NCBI RefSeq assembly: GCF_000400465.1
Contig: NW_008806275.1
Coordinates: forward strand, 519,656 to 551,655
Direction of reading: 5' to 3'
Source of the DNA: Wallemia ichthyophaga EXF-994
Taxonomy: Eukaryota; Fungi; Basidiomycota
DNA length: 32,000 bases
Part shown: positions 11,196 to 24,424 of the stretch, in pieces
Layout of the letters: every line of letters begins with the position of its first letter
Position numbering within the stretch: the stretch's first letter is position 1
Program-made: the position numbers and the translations under genes
The notes under the pieces: model-generated
Databases searched by the model: none
Told to the model about the DNA's origin: nothing
Seen by the model: the letters and a program-made list of their open reading frames with translations, nothing else

Positions 11196-13649
11196 ATGTT
11201 GGATACTAAGAATGGCCAATTCACCGATACTTACAATAGATCTGTTCTTCTCCGCGGTGTAAATCTCGCTGATTCAAAGATACCGAATGATCAACCGACG
11301 CAGCTATCTGATGGCTTTTATGAGAATGCTGAAAATGGCTCTGTATCCTACACTCAACGCCCGTTCCCTGCTCACTCCCTCAATTCGCACTCAAATCGCC
11401 TGAAATCCTTTGGATACAACTGCATTCGTTACGTAATCACTTGGGAATCTTTAGAACACGCTGGCCCTGGTATCTACGACGAGAATTTCATTTCACACAC
11501 TATCCACACACTCCGTACTCTCAAAAGTTACGGCTTTTACGTATACCTAGACCCTCATCAAGACATTTGGAGTCGCTTTGTTGGCGGTTCTGGCGCTCCG
11601 ATATGGACTATACACGCTTGTGGTATGCAACCACGTCATTTCACTTCTACCAATGCTGCTCTCATCCACAATGAGTGGATGGACGGTGCACACGACTTCC
11701 CTGATATGATTTGGGCGACTAATTAGTGGGTTTGGCATAAGCCTATACACTCCCTCTGACATCCACACTCCAGCTATAGACTCGCTGCTTATACCATTTT
11801 CACCCTTTTTTTCGCTGGCAAAACTTATGCTCCTCGCTGCATAATTGATGGCGTCAACATACAAGACTACCTCCAGACACACTACTTTAACGCATACCAC
11901 CACCTAGCCAAGGCAATACACAACGCCGGTGATTTAGAAGACTCGTGTGTTCTCGGCTGGGACTCTATGAACGAGCCCTCGAATGGGCTCATCGGATACG
12001 CCCATATCGGCCATCTCCATCCTGAGCAAAAGGTCAAGCTTGGCACCTGCCCCACCCCATACCAGGCTTTTCTTTTGGGCATGGGTCACACTACAACTAT
12101 CCAAGACTGGGATTTCTCTAGCTTGGGTCCGAAGCGAAGACACGACGTAACTGTGAGACCGGACGGTGTGACGGCGTGGTTGAGTGAAGCTGATGAGCCA
12201 GGTGGCAAGAGTAGATGGGGTTGGACGCGCCACCCCGAATGGCAATTAGGCAGGTGTATATGGGCGCAGCATGGTGTATGGGATGATGGTGATGATGGTG
12301 ATGATGGTGGTGTTAGTAGTGGCAACGGCAGTGGCACAGGACGGATCCTCCAACCGCACTACTTTGCACCCACATCTTCACACACCACTTCCACGCTTTT
12401 CGTCGATACATTTTGGAAGGAGTTTATGCACAAGTGGGCAGAGTGTATTCGCTCTGCCCACCCCCGTGCCATTCTCTGGATAGCTCCACCCGTATTTGAG
12501 CCACCGTGCTACTTCGACGAGGGCATGCTGCAGCGCCGCGCGGTGCTCTCGCACCACTACTACGATGGGCTGACGCTGATGACCAAAGACTGGCACTGCT
12601 TCAATGCAGATTCAGTGGGGTTGCTTCGCGGTGTATATGCCTCTGTTCTCTTCGCTCTCAAGCTCGGCGAGCGCGCTATCCGTCGCTCATTCGCGCGGCA
12701 GTTGGGTACGCTCAAGGAGGATGTCGCGGCCATGTCCACGTACACCTACCCCACTATGATCGGCGAAATTGGGATTCCGTTCGATATGAAGAGCACTAAA
12801 CCGCGCAGTGCCCCTGGCGTACGCTCGCACGATTGGCTATACGATTATTCCCACCAGAGCAAGGCGATGGATGTCTCGCTAGGCGCTTGCGATGATACTA
12901 ATTGCCTCAGTTACACCCTCTGGTCTTACGTCTCATCAAACACTCACGAATGGGGTGACGGATGGAATGGGGAGGATTTAAGTGTGTGGAGTTTAGATGA
13001 CGTGGGTCGTAATGCAGCTAGCAGTCGTAACACGGGTAATAACCATAAAGTGGGTATCAATCACCCTCATGATGACACCTCCGCACTCATTCCCCTCGTT
13101 GAGACTAATTCCAACTCGAACTCCAACTCTAACGCGGATTCCTCCTCATCCTCCGCCTCTGTCACGGCCAACACGGATTGTTTAGACGGTTGCAGGGCTC
13201 CAGAATCCTTCATTCGCCCTTACTTGCAGTACACTGTCGGTGTGCCCCGATCGATGCACTATTCAATTTCACAGCGCAGGTTTGAAGCCAGAGTGGGTTG
13301 TGGGCGTGATGAGAAGGATGCAAGTGATGACAGTGATATTAGCGATGCAAACGATGTTAGTGATAGTAGTGATGCAAACAATTCAAACAACACACCCCAA
13401 CCGAACTACTCCACTCAACTCTTCATTCCTCGCTTCTTCTTTACTAACCCTCTCATTCAAGTGTCAGAGGGATCGTATGAAATCGTACATGATAAAGTGT
13501 ACTGGTCGTACGACCTTTCCAACAGGCGCGACAAATTTATCACAGTCACTGAGTCGCCCTCTCCAACACGCCCAAACCCACCTATCAGGTCCGTATCACA
13601 ATCTTTCATCGACATACTCTCAAACATAATAACAAAATTCATCAGGTAA
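11196..13649 (+). CDS. EGH1: GH5 endoglycoceramidase-related protein, most like EGCrP2/Sgl1/Egh1 (steryl-beta-glucosidase)
   Basis: Motifs LLRGVNL, GYNCIRYVITWESLEHAGPG and DPHQDIWSRFVGGSGAP. Intron 11726-11773 restores MIWATNY|YRLAAYTIFTLFFAGKTYAP. Acid/base WDSMNEP, HHYYDG, nucleophile IGEIGIPFDM, and C-terminal FIRPY...GVP domain. Confidence 0.88.
12282..12308 (+). repeat. Coding minisatellite (GATGATGGT)3, encoding (DDG)3 in the GH5 enzyme
   Basis: Read directly. Confidence 0.9.
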
Positions 13650-13696
13650 AAGTAGACAAATTGTATTTCTAAAAATATTCAACATTAAATAAAGAA

Positions 13697-15442
<1,746 letters not shown>

Positions 15443-16138
15443 GATGAGTGTTTGGGATAAACATTCGATTGCATCAGCGGTGCGTGTAAGTGAAAATTGT
15501 TATTTATTCTTTATAATGGTATATATTTGTACAGATACAGCTACATGGATATACATGCACTATTCCCTATAACGCTTCCTGCCCCGAGTGTTTTGCTCAT
15601 CTTGGTCAGCCGCCTTAGTAAGACTAGCAGAATTCCGAGATTGGTTTATGTTTATTTGATCCTGTGGCTATTTGGGTATTCTTATGTTTACATCCTTTTT
15701 CACAGCTGTCCCAACCGGTTGTGATGGATAGCGTTTTATCTTCGGTGCATCTCCCGTATCTCCCGTGTTTCTTAACTCTTACATATTTCGGCACCTTTCC
15801 AACCCGTCCACTTCCTTCGGATCGGTCGCACTTCCCGAGGAATCAACGTCGATGATTCTATGTCCGGGCTAAGTGGGGTCATTAGAATGAGCTCTGAGTA
15901 TATGTAGCACTTTCCCTTTCATCAAATTCAAATCCAACATTCTTCCATGTATTCAACTCATCCTTGTACAAATTTCCCTCTCATTAGTAGTGCTAGCAGT
16001 GGTAGCATTAAATTGTAGAGATTAAGTGATGAGAAAATGTCTTACATGGGCTTATAAGTGATGGGAGCGATTGAAAGTTAGCTCAGTTAGTTATAGATGA
16101 TGCATGACTGTACAAACTTGTGATTCTTATGACGTGAT

Positions 16139-17465
16139 TTAGACGAATTGCGGAATGCGGAAGCTGAGACAGTACATTTCCTGCAGTAAAATTAGGTTAG
16201 CATTTATCACCCAATCGATCTGTTTATCAACCCACCTTATTCGGAGCTACAGATCTAACGTGATGTAAGTTGTAATCATCGATATCAGGTGTGATAGGGT
16301 GATCTAGTGCATTTGTTGCTCTCTCACATATTTCCGCAGTCGCAAGTTGCTTATCTTCAGCCTTCGAAAAGCAGTGAACATGTACCATTGGCCGTGTCAG
16401 TGAGAGTGCTTGCTGGTTGTGTTTGTTTTGTTGCTGAATTTCAGTGTATGTCGGCTTAAAAGCATCTAAGAATTCTATTGCGGTTGCAGGTAAGTTCATC
16501 ACGTAGTGATCAATGTAATCTTGTGGAGGATGAGTTGGGAATTGAGTAACCGATCTCTTTAGCTCCTTTTGTTGTTTTTGGGTGAGTATTGGTGTTGTTT
16601 CAGGGAATGGATTGGATTTGAGAGATTTGTGTGCAGATTTTATGAACTCCCTTCCATCCAAATTAGACGGTCTAACAAATGAGTCAACTTTATTTTGCTT
16701 GATATTATGTTTAAGCCAGTGAAAACTATCAGGATTGAGATCATTTGCTAAGAACCGTGTAGAATTTCTACCAGAAGGGATAGCGAAAGGGCCAACGCCA
16801 GCCATAACATCAGCGACAACTTGAAAAGGTTTGAAGAGGTTAATTATACGTGAGTGCTCAGTTGAGAGCCTTGAATTCCAATAAACTTTTGAGAAGTCAA
16901 AGGTGAAAACTGAATCAGATTCTTTTGTGGTGACTATATAGTTAGGAGCACCAGCTAAAAGCTCCATAGGGAAAACTCTGAATTGGTTATCAATAGTATC
17001 CAACTTGTTAACTACTGTGTCAATGTTTTGATTCTTGTCTAGAATGACTTGACCAATGAGATGTTTGTATGTATTAAACTCAGGTTTCAGATTAAAATGA
17101 GCCAGATGACCAGTCTGAGTAAAACCAGAAGGAGTTCCATCTTTTATAAGATGATGAGGTAATAACTGAGTGAAAATGTAATCAGCGTTGTAATTATCAT
17201 ACGACAAATCAAGTGTATGATGTTGTATAGTTGATTTGGTATTAGCAATCCAGTCAACAAGATAGTCGGGTAAGTCTAAATTTTCATTTGTGTTTAGAAT
17301 AATAAGTCTCTCAGTTTCATTTAAAGTGACAACATTTGGCAGCTTATATTTATCGATAAGGAAAGATTTCAAGTGCTTGTTAGATAAAAAGTCTTTAGTC
17401 TTGTTTGCTTGGATTTTAATAGACAAAAGTTGAATTTTACTAGTAAACTTGTATTTATAACTCAT
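16139..17465 (-). CDS. TRM5: tRNA (guanine-37-N1)-methyltransferase Trm5
   Basis: Motifs GHLAHFNL, VVNK, FRVFPMELLAG, FDFSKVYWNSRLSTEH, DVMAGVGPFAIP, NDLNP and VMNLP. Intron 16181-16235 gives the C-terminus RSVAPNK|EMYCLSFRIPQFV*. Confidence 0.95.
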
Positions 17466-17499
17466 TGTTGTGTGTTTTCAAGAGAAGATTACAAAATTT

Positions 17500-18013
17500 C
17501 TATTGAATCATTCCCTTACCTTTGTAGCCTTCAGAGGAAACACCAGAGATAGGGTTTGAATTTTGTTCTCTCATGTACTCTGTGGAAGCTTCTTGCCATT
17601 CCTTTGACATTGTTTGAGGTGGTGGTGCTGCGAATGATCTTATTCCGAAGTAAAGTGCAGCGGTTGCAGCCAAAGATGCTACAACACCAACAAATACCTT
17701 TGTATTACCACCTTCCTCGACGAGTGCTTTACGAGGCCCATGTGAGCCAAATGAAATGAAGTATGCTGTGATTGGATGAGAAATGGGAGTGTGCGTGTGA
17801 TAAATAGGCCAACGCACCAGCTCTCTTCTCCTCCAAACTCAATTCATTCCAGTTCAATTTCTGCCTTTCAACGATTCCAGTGTAAACCGCTTGCTTCTCT
17901 TCAGTGGACAAGGTGTTCCAGCTGGCGTTTAGATTTGTAAGTGAAGGGAGTGTTGATTGACATCTAACACCGCTGAATTGCCTGGTACTCTTTAACGATA
18001 AATTTCTCAGCAT
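17500..18013 (-). CDS. COX5: Cytochrome c oxidase subunit IV family (yeast Cox5 / mammalian COX4)
   Basis: Basic presequence MLRNLSLKSTRQFSGVRCQS, then QKLNWNELSLEEKRA|AYFISFGSHGPR, one transmembrane helix, and PPPQTMSKEWQEASTEY...NPISGVSSEGYKGKGMIQ. Intron 17766-17817. Confidence 0.92.
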
Positions 18014-18069
18014 TTTCACTTTAATTCCTCGTCGTGGAGAGCAAGAAGTTTGGTTGAGAAGTAACCGCG

Positions 18070-19272
18070 ATGGCAACCGTAAATTATACCTAGAAATTAT
18101 AAACACAAATTTACTCACAATCCACTACAGATTAATCCATCTTCGCTTACTCAAGAAGAGCACAACGAGTACACTGATCAAACGTCCACTCAACAAGATT
18201 TGAATAATAGAACTAACTCTCCACCGAATGATCCCACTCTAGATCCCCCTCAAGAGGATAACGAACTACTCAACCAGCAGCTTGCCCAATATCCCGACTT
18301 TTCGCGCTCAAATAACTCAACTAACCCAATTACCACCCAAAAACAACCTAAAAAGCGTCATCAGAAGCAACGTATTAATAGGCAAGGTAGCGACGATGAC
18401 GTCGAGCTCGATCCTGCTGCTCCTCCTCTTTCCCCTGAACCTCTGTTAAATCCCTCACAACAAGCACGCGTCAACTTAAACACTAAGCTAGAAACTATAG
18501 CTAAAGGCAACAAAAAGTCTTATCGCAAGCGTAAACGTAATGATGAAGATTTAGATGCTGCTGCAGATGAGGAGCTACACCTCCTACGTGACCAAATGTT
18601 TACCGCAGCAGACCAGGATGAGGATAGCAAGAAGGAAGGTAAACCTGCACTCAACAAACTCAGACTCCTCCCACGCGTCATTGAAACTATGCAAAAGACT
18701 CACTTGGAGACTAGCATCCTTGAAAATAATTTCCTTGACGGTGTACGTAGGTGGCTCGAACCTTTCAGCGATAAAAGTCTACCTCCACTAAACATACAAA
18801 CGGAGTTTTTTCAAATTCTGTCCAATGTCGGTTTGTTTTTTGCGTTTATAACGCAATATTGACACCTTTACAGATGTACATCGACACCCAGTCGCTCAAA
18901 TCAAGCAAACTAGGTCCTATCATTCTCTTCTACTCGCGACACTCGCGCGTCAATAATTCCATAAAGCGTGCCGCTGATATTCTCGTCACGCGCTGGATGA
19001 GACCGCTCCTTAGACGCTCAGCTAACCCACGTTCGTATCAATTTAATACGAGTGAACAAGTTGTTCGCAGTCATGATGTATCTGTCAACAATAATGACGA
19101 CGAACAACCATCGTCGCGCACTCGAATCCCTGAAGTCGAGAGGAAGAAGTATAAGATAGCAGCTACGAGAGGTATCGATGGTATCAAGTCAAGTAACGTC
19201 GCCAACACCAATCAAGAATCTGAACGCCAGAGACAGCTCTCGAGGAAGTTTAGCATGTTGAAGAGGAAGTGA
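18070..19272 (+). CDS. SPN1: Transcription elongation factor IWS1/Spn1
   Basis: ATG 18070 (MAT), intron 18079-18130, then an acidic/Gln-rich N-terminus and the TFIIS-N-like core KPALNKLRLLP...NFLDGVRRWLEPFSDKSLPPLNIQ. Intron 18827-18873 is followed by LKSSKLGPIILFY...VTRWMRP. Confidence 0.9.
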
Positions 19273-19329
19273 AAAGGTGAAGAGGTGAAAATAACGCTGT
19301 ATTTTGTTCTATATATCTGTACTTTACAT

Positions 19330-21669
19330 TTACGTTGGTTTGTCTTTGATCTGTGTAGGTGTTTGAGTTAGTGGGGATGTCTTGCACAGACATTCAACTC
19401 ACATTCTGCACAATGAGTGACTTGTATGCTTGCACATCGCCCTTGAATTTCGTAACAGCTGTTTAATGAGTTAGTGGGGTGTGTTAATAGTAGACCGCTT
19501 TACTCACTTCCATTTGCACACACCCACAACTACATAACCCTCGTTAGCACACCCGCAACCACCAAAGATGACACTCACCTCACGCGCCACAGTCGTAATA
19601 AACCTTTCGTCGTGCGAGATAACTATACTACCGCCATTCCACACCTTGAGTGCATCCATCAACGCATCCAATCCCTCCATATCGAGATGGTTAGTAGGTT
19701 CATCGAGGAGCAATATATGTGGATTCTGCAATGCCAGCATAGCGAAAGCCAATCTAGATTTCTGACCACCGGAGAGAGTACCAATCAGTCTCAAACTTGT
19801 ACTGCCCCTAATACCAAAAGTACCGAGGAAGCTACGGTATTGCTCTGCAGTCCTACCAGGGAAACGAGCCTGAGTGAATTGAAGGGGAGACATATTTAAA
19901 TCAAGTTGATCCATGTGATGTTGAGTGAAATATGCAACACGTAATCTACCATTACGATTTAGCTGTCCTTTCGATGGTGATAACTCTCCAATGAGCAACT
20001 TCAACAGAGTCGATTTACCGGCACCATTAGGTCCGACAATAGCGATTCGCGAATCGTAACTGACATCCAAGTCGACATCCTTAAGTATAGTTTTCTCTGG
20101 ACTATACCCGAATGTAATATTGTCGAGCTGGAGCAGTGGTGGTGATATCTTCTCCGCATCTGGGAATTTGAAACTCTCGCTATCTTCTGTCTCTGGTGGA
20201 TGTAATTCTGGTAATTTTTCCAATATCTTAATTTTGGATTGGGCTTGTGAAGCACGCGCCGCATTGTATCTCCATCTATCAACAAATGCTTGAAGATGTT
20301 GACGGTACTGTAACTGTGACTCGTACTCCCTCAGTTCATTCTTTCCTCTCTCCGTCTTAGTTTCGTAGAATTGAGAGAAGTTACCCTTGTAATAATCGAG
20401 ACGCTCGCTGTGTTGGTGGATAATATCCGTTGCGACGTGGTCGAGGAATGCCCTGTCGTGGGAGACGACAAGGATGGTCGATGGCCATGTCTGCAAGTAG
20501 TCTTCGAGCCAGGCTAACGCATTCAAATCAAGCATGTTTGATGGTTCATCGAGCAACAACAAGTCAGGTTGAACGAAGAGCGCACGTGCAAGTGCTAATC
20601 TCATTCTCCAACCACCACTGAACGAGCTCGTTGGTTTCTGCTGGTCAGATTCGCTGAAACCAAGGCCAGCCAACAAGAAGGCAGCTTTAATTGGACCCAT
20701 GTGTGCCTCCATCTCGACAAGCTTCTCCTGACACTCGCCGAGTTGAGTAGCGAGTTCATCTCTCTCACTACCTAAGGACGCTGCATCTTCACCGGCAGTA
20801 ATCTTATCTTCAATACTCTGTAGATTACCGTTCAACTCCAACTCCTGATTTATATAGTGCGTTCTCCAGATATCGGCCGCGAGGACACTCTCGATCGCAG
20901 TAGTATCATCACCGATGATTTCTTGCTCGACGTAAAGAATAGAAATGTGATTAGGCACAGGGACTTCTCTAAGAGCCATAGCGCGCAAGACTGTAGATTT
21001 ACCTGCACCGTTTCTTCCAATCCAACCGTAACGCTTACCCTGTGCCACTTGAAGGGTAGCTGAGGTGAGGATTTTGTTTGAACCCATGCTGACGTCGACA
21101 TTATGCAGCAAGACATCCTTACTCTTGCCCTTATCAAAGTTGAGTGGGTTGACCTGCATGAAGAGTTCTTCATACGACTGCTGCGTCTTCTGTGCATCGA
21201 GCAGTTTCGAGCCCTGGTAGAGATCGCGTTTCGAGCGTTTCTCCATCTTTGCCTTAATTTTAGCTTCTGCCTTTTCAAGTTTCTTGAGATCGACGCGGGA
21301 GACGTGTCCTTTTGTCGCTGACTCGAGATCGACGCTGCCCTCTAAAGCGACAGTCTTGGACATAGAATCAGCAGCACGCATAGAAAATGCATTCTCGAGC
21401 TTGGCTGGTTCGCTTGGCTGCAGTGACTCGCGGTGAGGGAGTAAGGGCTGGAGCATCTTCTCCAGCTGCTCTAGCAAGCTACGGTCATGAGTGGCTTTGA
21501 CAGACGCCGACGCTAGCATTGGGAGAGCGAGAGAGTGGAGGATGTCGCTCTCTTCAACGTCTTCGTCCGTGAGGTATCCAGCGAGATACTCGACGACAAG
21601 TTCGTCTGTATCGGGGAGAATTTCACGGATAGAATCAGCCACTTGGAAGCTATAATCTGGGTAAGTCAT
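19330..21669 (-). CDS. GCN20: ABCF-family ATPase GCN20 / ABCF3
   Basis: Two ABC cassettes without TMDs (GRNGAGKST, FSGGWRMR, LLLDEP; GPNGAGKST, LSGGQKSR, LLDEPTNHLD) and an N-terminal DELVVEYLAGYL. Three 3' introns (19530-19578, 19459-19507, 19351-19402) give ARE|LWVCANG|TVTKFKGDVQAYKSLIVQN|IKDKPT*. Confidence 0.95.
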
Positions 21670-21785
21670 TGAAGCATATTTACACTCAAACCAACCTCAT
21701 TTGACTGTGTTTACTCTAGGCTGTAACTTGAAACGATGTCATTGAAGAAATTTACACCTTTATCTACAAAATGAATAGAATCCTT

Positions 21786-22412
21786 TTATATTCCAAGCCA
21801 CTCACTCCATTCACGATACCCACGCCATCCTCTGTACGCTTGCAAAGCGCCTACTTTGATATGGAAAGGACCATCTGGGACTTGTTGAAACATGGATCTG
21901 CACATGAAGCTTAGTTCTGTGATGTGGGCGGTGTCTAATGGAGCAGCGTCATGTACTCTCTTTCCACGATAGGTAGCTTTGAATGAATCCCACGGCATCT
22001 TTACTCTCCCCGCCTTCTCGGCTGTGAAATCTGATTCGTATACGAGAGACGACTGACGACGACCATCGTTTCTGTAACCAGCTTGTGTGTTTTTGAGATT
22101 GAGAGTGAATGTGTGCGGACCTGTTGTGTCTACGTCGATGATATCGAGTACGAGTCCATCGTCATTGGAGAGATTGACTGGACTGTCGAATACTGTATTC
22201 TGACTAGCGAATCCAGCGCCACCGAGTGTTTGAGTGTCGAGTATCCCATAGAATAACCCACTCTGTCCATCATCGACGACATCGAAATGACTTGTACTGC
22301 TGCCACCACGCAGCTGGTCATTCACTGCACGCCAATCATCCTGTTCAAATGGCGGATATAACGTCGTATACGTCGATAACAGACCAAACAAAGATAAAAA
22401 ACTAGCCAGCAT
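21786..22412 (-). CDS. CIA30/NDUFAF1-family domain protein (carbohydrate-binding-like fold)
   Basis: Motifs WRAVNDQLRGGSS, LGGAGFAS, YESDF, VKMPWDSFKATYRGK and ELSFMCRS, after a hydrophobic N-terminus. Confidence 0.8.
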   Translation of the reverse strand: MLASFLSLFGLLSTYTTLYPPFEQDDWRAVNDQLRGGSSTSHFDVVDDGQSGLFYGILDTQTLGGAGFASQNTVFDSPVNLSNDDGLVLDIIDVDTTGPHTFTLNLKNTQAGYRNDGRRQSSLVYESDFTAEKAGRVKMPWDSFKATYRGKRVHDAAPLDTAHITELSFMCRSMFQQVPDGPFHIKVGALQAYRGWRGYREWSEWLGI

Positions 22413-22515
22413 GGATGTTTAGAGTATAAAATCGAATGAAGTATTATAATGTCTCGTACATTAGTAAATGTAAAATTAATCTACAAATTTCAAATCAGTT
22501 TCCTATAAAATACTT

Positions 22516-22660
22516 CAAAGCCACTGGACAGAACAACTCTTGTCAGGTCTTACAAGCGTATAAAGCAAGACGGGCGATGTGTGTCCTCATTCATTTTCAG
22601 ACTGGTGCACAGCAATCAATTCATCCTTTGTTGTTCCTTACCAGTGGCTTTGCATTTTTG
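22516..22660. ncRNA. Candidate structured RNA or fold-back element, family unknown
   Basis: 22516-22527 CAAAGCCACTGG pairs perfectly with 22641-22652, and 22531-22537 GAACAAC pairs with 22630-22636. ATTTTTG follows at 22654-22660. No family motif recognised. Confidence 0.3.
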
Positions 22661-22974
22661 CACTTACACTAGTTGTTCGATAACGATCATTTTGAAGAAA
22701 AGTCCTTTTTTATAGCCTTAAAAATTTGCACCTCATTTTTAATTTATCATTAATCACATTGAAGAATGTGTTCAGCGCTATAAACTACAACCTGATCAAG
22801 GTAAGTCACCCTTCCTTACTAGGTGGCTGACCTGTGAAAATATTCACCTCCACACACATCTACACGGTGTTGAAGCCTATGCATATTTCTATTACAATAC
22901 AATTTTTAACAAACCCTGGTTGAAAGAGGAAAGAGATAACAAATCGCCTTGTTCAGCACATGATTTGCACTACC

Positions 22975-24424
22975 TTAGTAACGGTAGTGATTTGGCTTGA
23001 ATGGACCTTGCTTAGGAATAGATGAATAAGTTGATTGAACATCGGTAAGCTTGGTGAGGTGCACATTAAGCATTTCAAGGTGTGAGAATGCAACTTCTTC
23101 GTCCAACTTCTTTGGAAGCATGTGCACACCCAATGGGAACGATGCGTTGTCAGTCCAGAGAGCGATTTGAGCAAGAACCTGGTTGGCAAATGAGCAGGAC
23201 ATGACAAATGATGGATGTCCAGTTGCACATCCAAGGTTCACAAGACGTCCCTCAGCGAGCAAGATAACGTGACGTCCGTTGGCCAATGTGTAACGATCGA
23301 CTTGTGGCTTGATGTTGACGCATTCCTTGGCGACCTTCTTCAAACCAGCAACGTCTATCTCAATGTCAAAGTGACCAATGTTGCAGACAATAGCGTCATC
23401 TGGGAGTTGCTCAAAGTGCTCAACTCTTACAATATCACGGTTACCAGTGGTAGTGACAATGATGTTGGCGAATGGGGCAGCCTCGTCCATGGTAACTACC
23501 TTATAACCTGACATGGCAGCTTGGAGAGCGTTGATAGGGTCGATTTCAGTAACTTGAACGATCGATCCGTATGCACGCAATGCCTCAGCACATCCCTTAC
23601 CAACATCACCGAATCCAGCAACAACGGCTGTCTTACCAGCAAGCATAACGTCGGTAGCTCTCTTGATACCGTCGACGAGAGACTCACGACATCCGTAGTA
23701 GTTGTCGAACTTAGACTTGGTAACCGAGTCGTTGACGTTGATGGCTGGGATCTTGAGCTTGCCCTCTTGGTGAGCGCGGTAGAGGTGGTGGACACCGGTG
23801 GTAGTCTCCTCGGAAACACCTTGGATCTCGCCAAGGTATTGTGGGTACTTCTCGTGAACGATTGATGTAAGATCACCACCGTCGTCGAGGATCATATTGA
23901 GTGGCTTGCCATCTGGGAAAGCGGACAAGGTCTGCTCGATACACCAGAGGTATTCCTCGTCTGTTTCACCCTTCCATGCGTACACAGGGACACCAGCAGC
24001 GGCAATAGCAGCAGCAGCGTGATCTTGGCTGTATTGTGTGGTGTGTCAGAATGTCTCATAATAAAACACGAAAAACGCACGTAGAGAAGATGTTGCAGCT
24101 AGACCAGGTGACTTGAGCACCGAGTTGAACAAGTGTCTCGATGAGTACAGCGGTTTGAATGGTCCTAGGGATCTATTAGCTTTTTGTTTTGTGGGAACAT
24201 GCCACACGCACATGTGGAGACATCCAGCAATACGGGCACCCTTCAATGGTTGGTTTGGACCGTACTTGGCGCGAATTTCCTGTATCCCTATATTAGTACT
24301 GGTGCTCGTCTCAGATCCACTCAAATCCCACCATAAGACCAGGCATTTCCTTCTCTGCGAGAGTAATCTCACGACGGCCGAAGGAGGCCAAACTGATATC
24401 AGCGACTTTGTAGTTTGAGGTCAT
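22975..24424 (-). CDS. SAH1: S-adenosyl-L-homocysteine hydrolase (adenosylhomocysteinase)
   Basis: Spliced protein reads [20 protein letters not shown]...EMPGLM|EIRAKYG...GCLHM|[11 protein letters not shown]...WSSCNIFST|QDHAAAAIA...[42 protein letters not shown]. Introns 24280-24331, 24165-24211 and 24029-24080. Confidence 0.97.

Noticed and set aside
16020-16180. Possible C/D box snoRNA (GTGATGA at about 16026, CTGA at about 16163)
   Set aside because: The CTGA-containing segment is the antisense of the last TRM5 exon (EMYCLSFRIPQFV*, 16139-16180), and I found no rRNA guide.
17465-17817. Idea that COX5 exon 1 (mitochondrial presequence) splices onto TRM5 to make a mitochondrial isoform
   Set aside because: There is no AG acceptor between the COX5 stop and the TRM5 ATG. 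The first AG (in ATG-AG) is out of phase with the phase-1 COX5 donor.
22760-22870. Strong + strand donor AAG|GTAAGT at about 22801 with a downstream GCTGAC
   Set aside because: There is no upstream ATG in frame and no coherent exon chain. It could only be non-coding.
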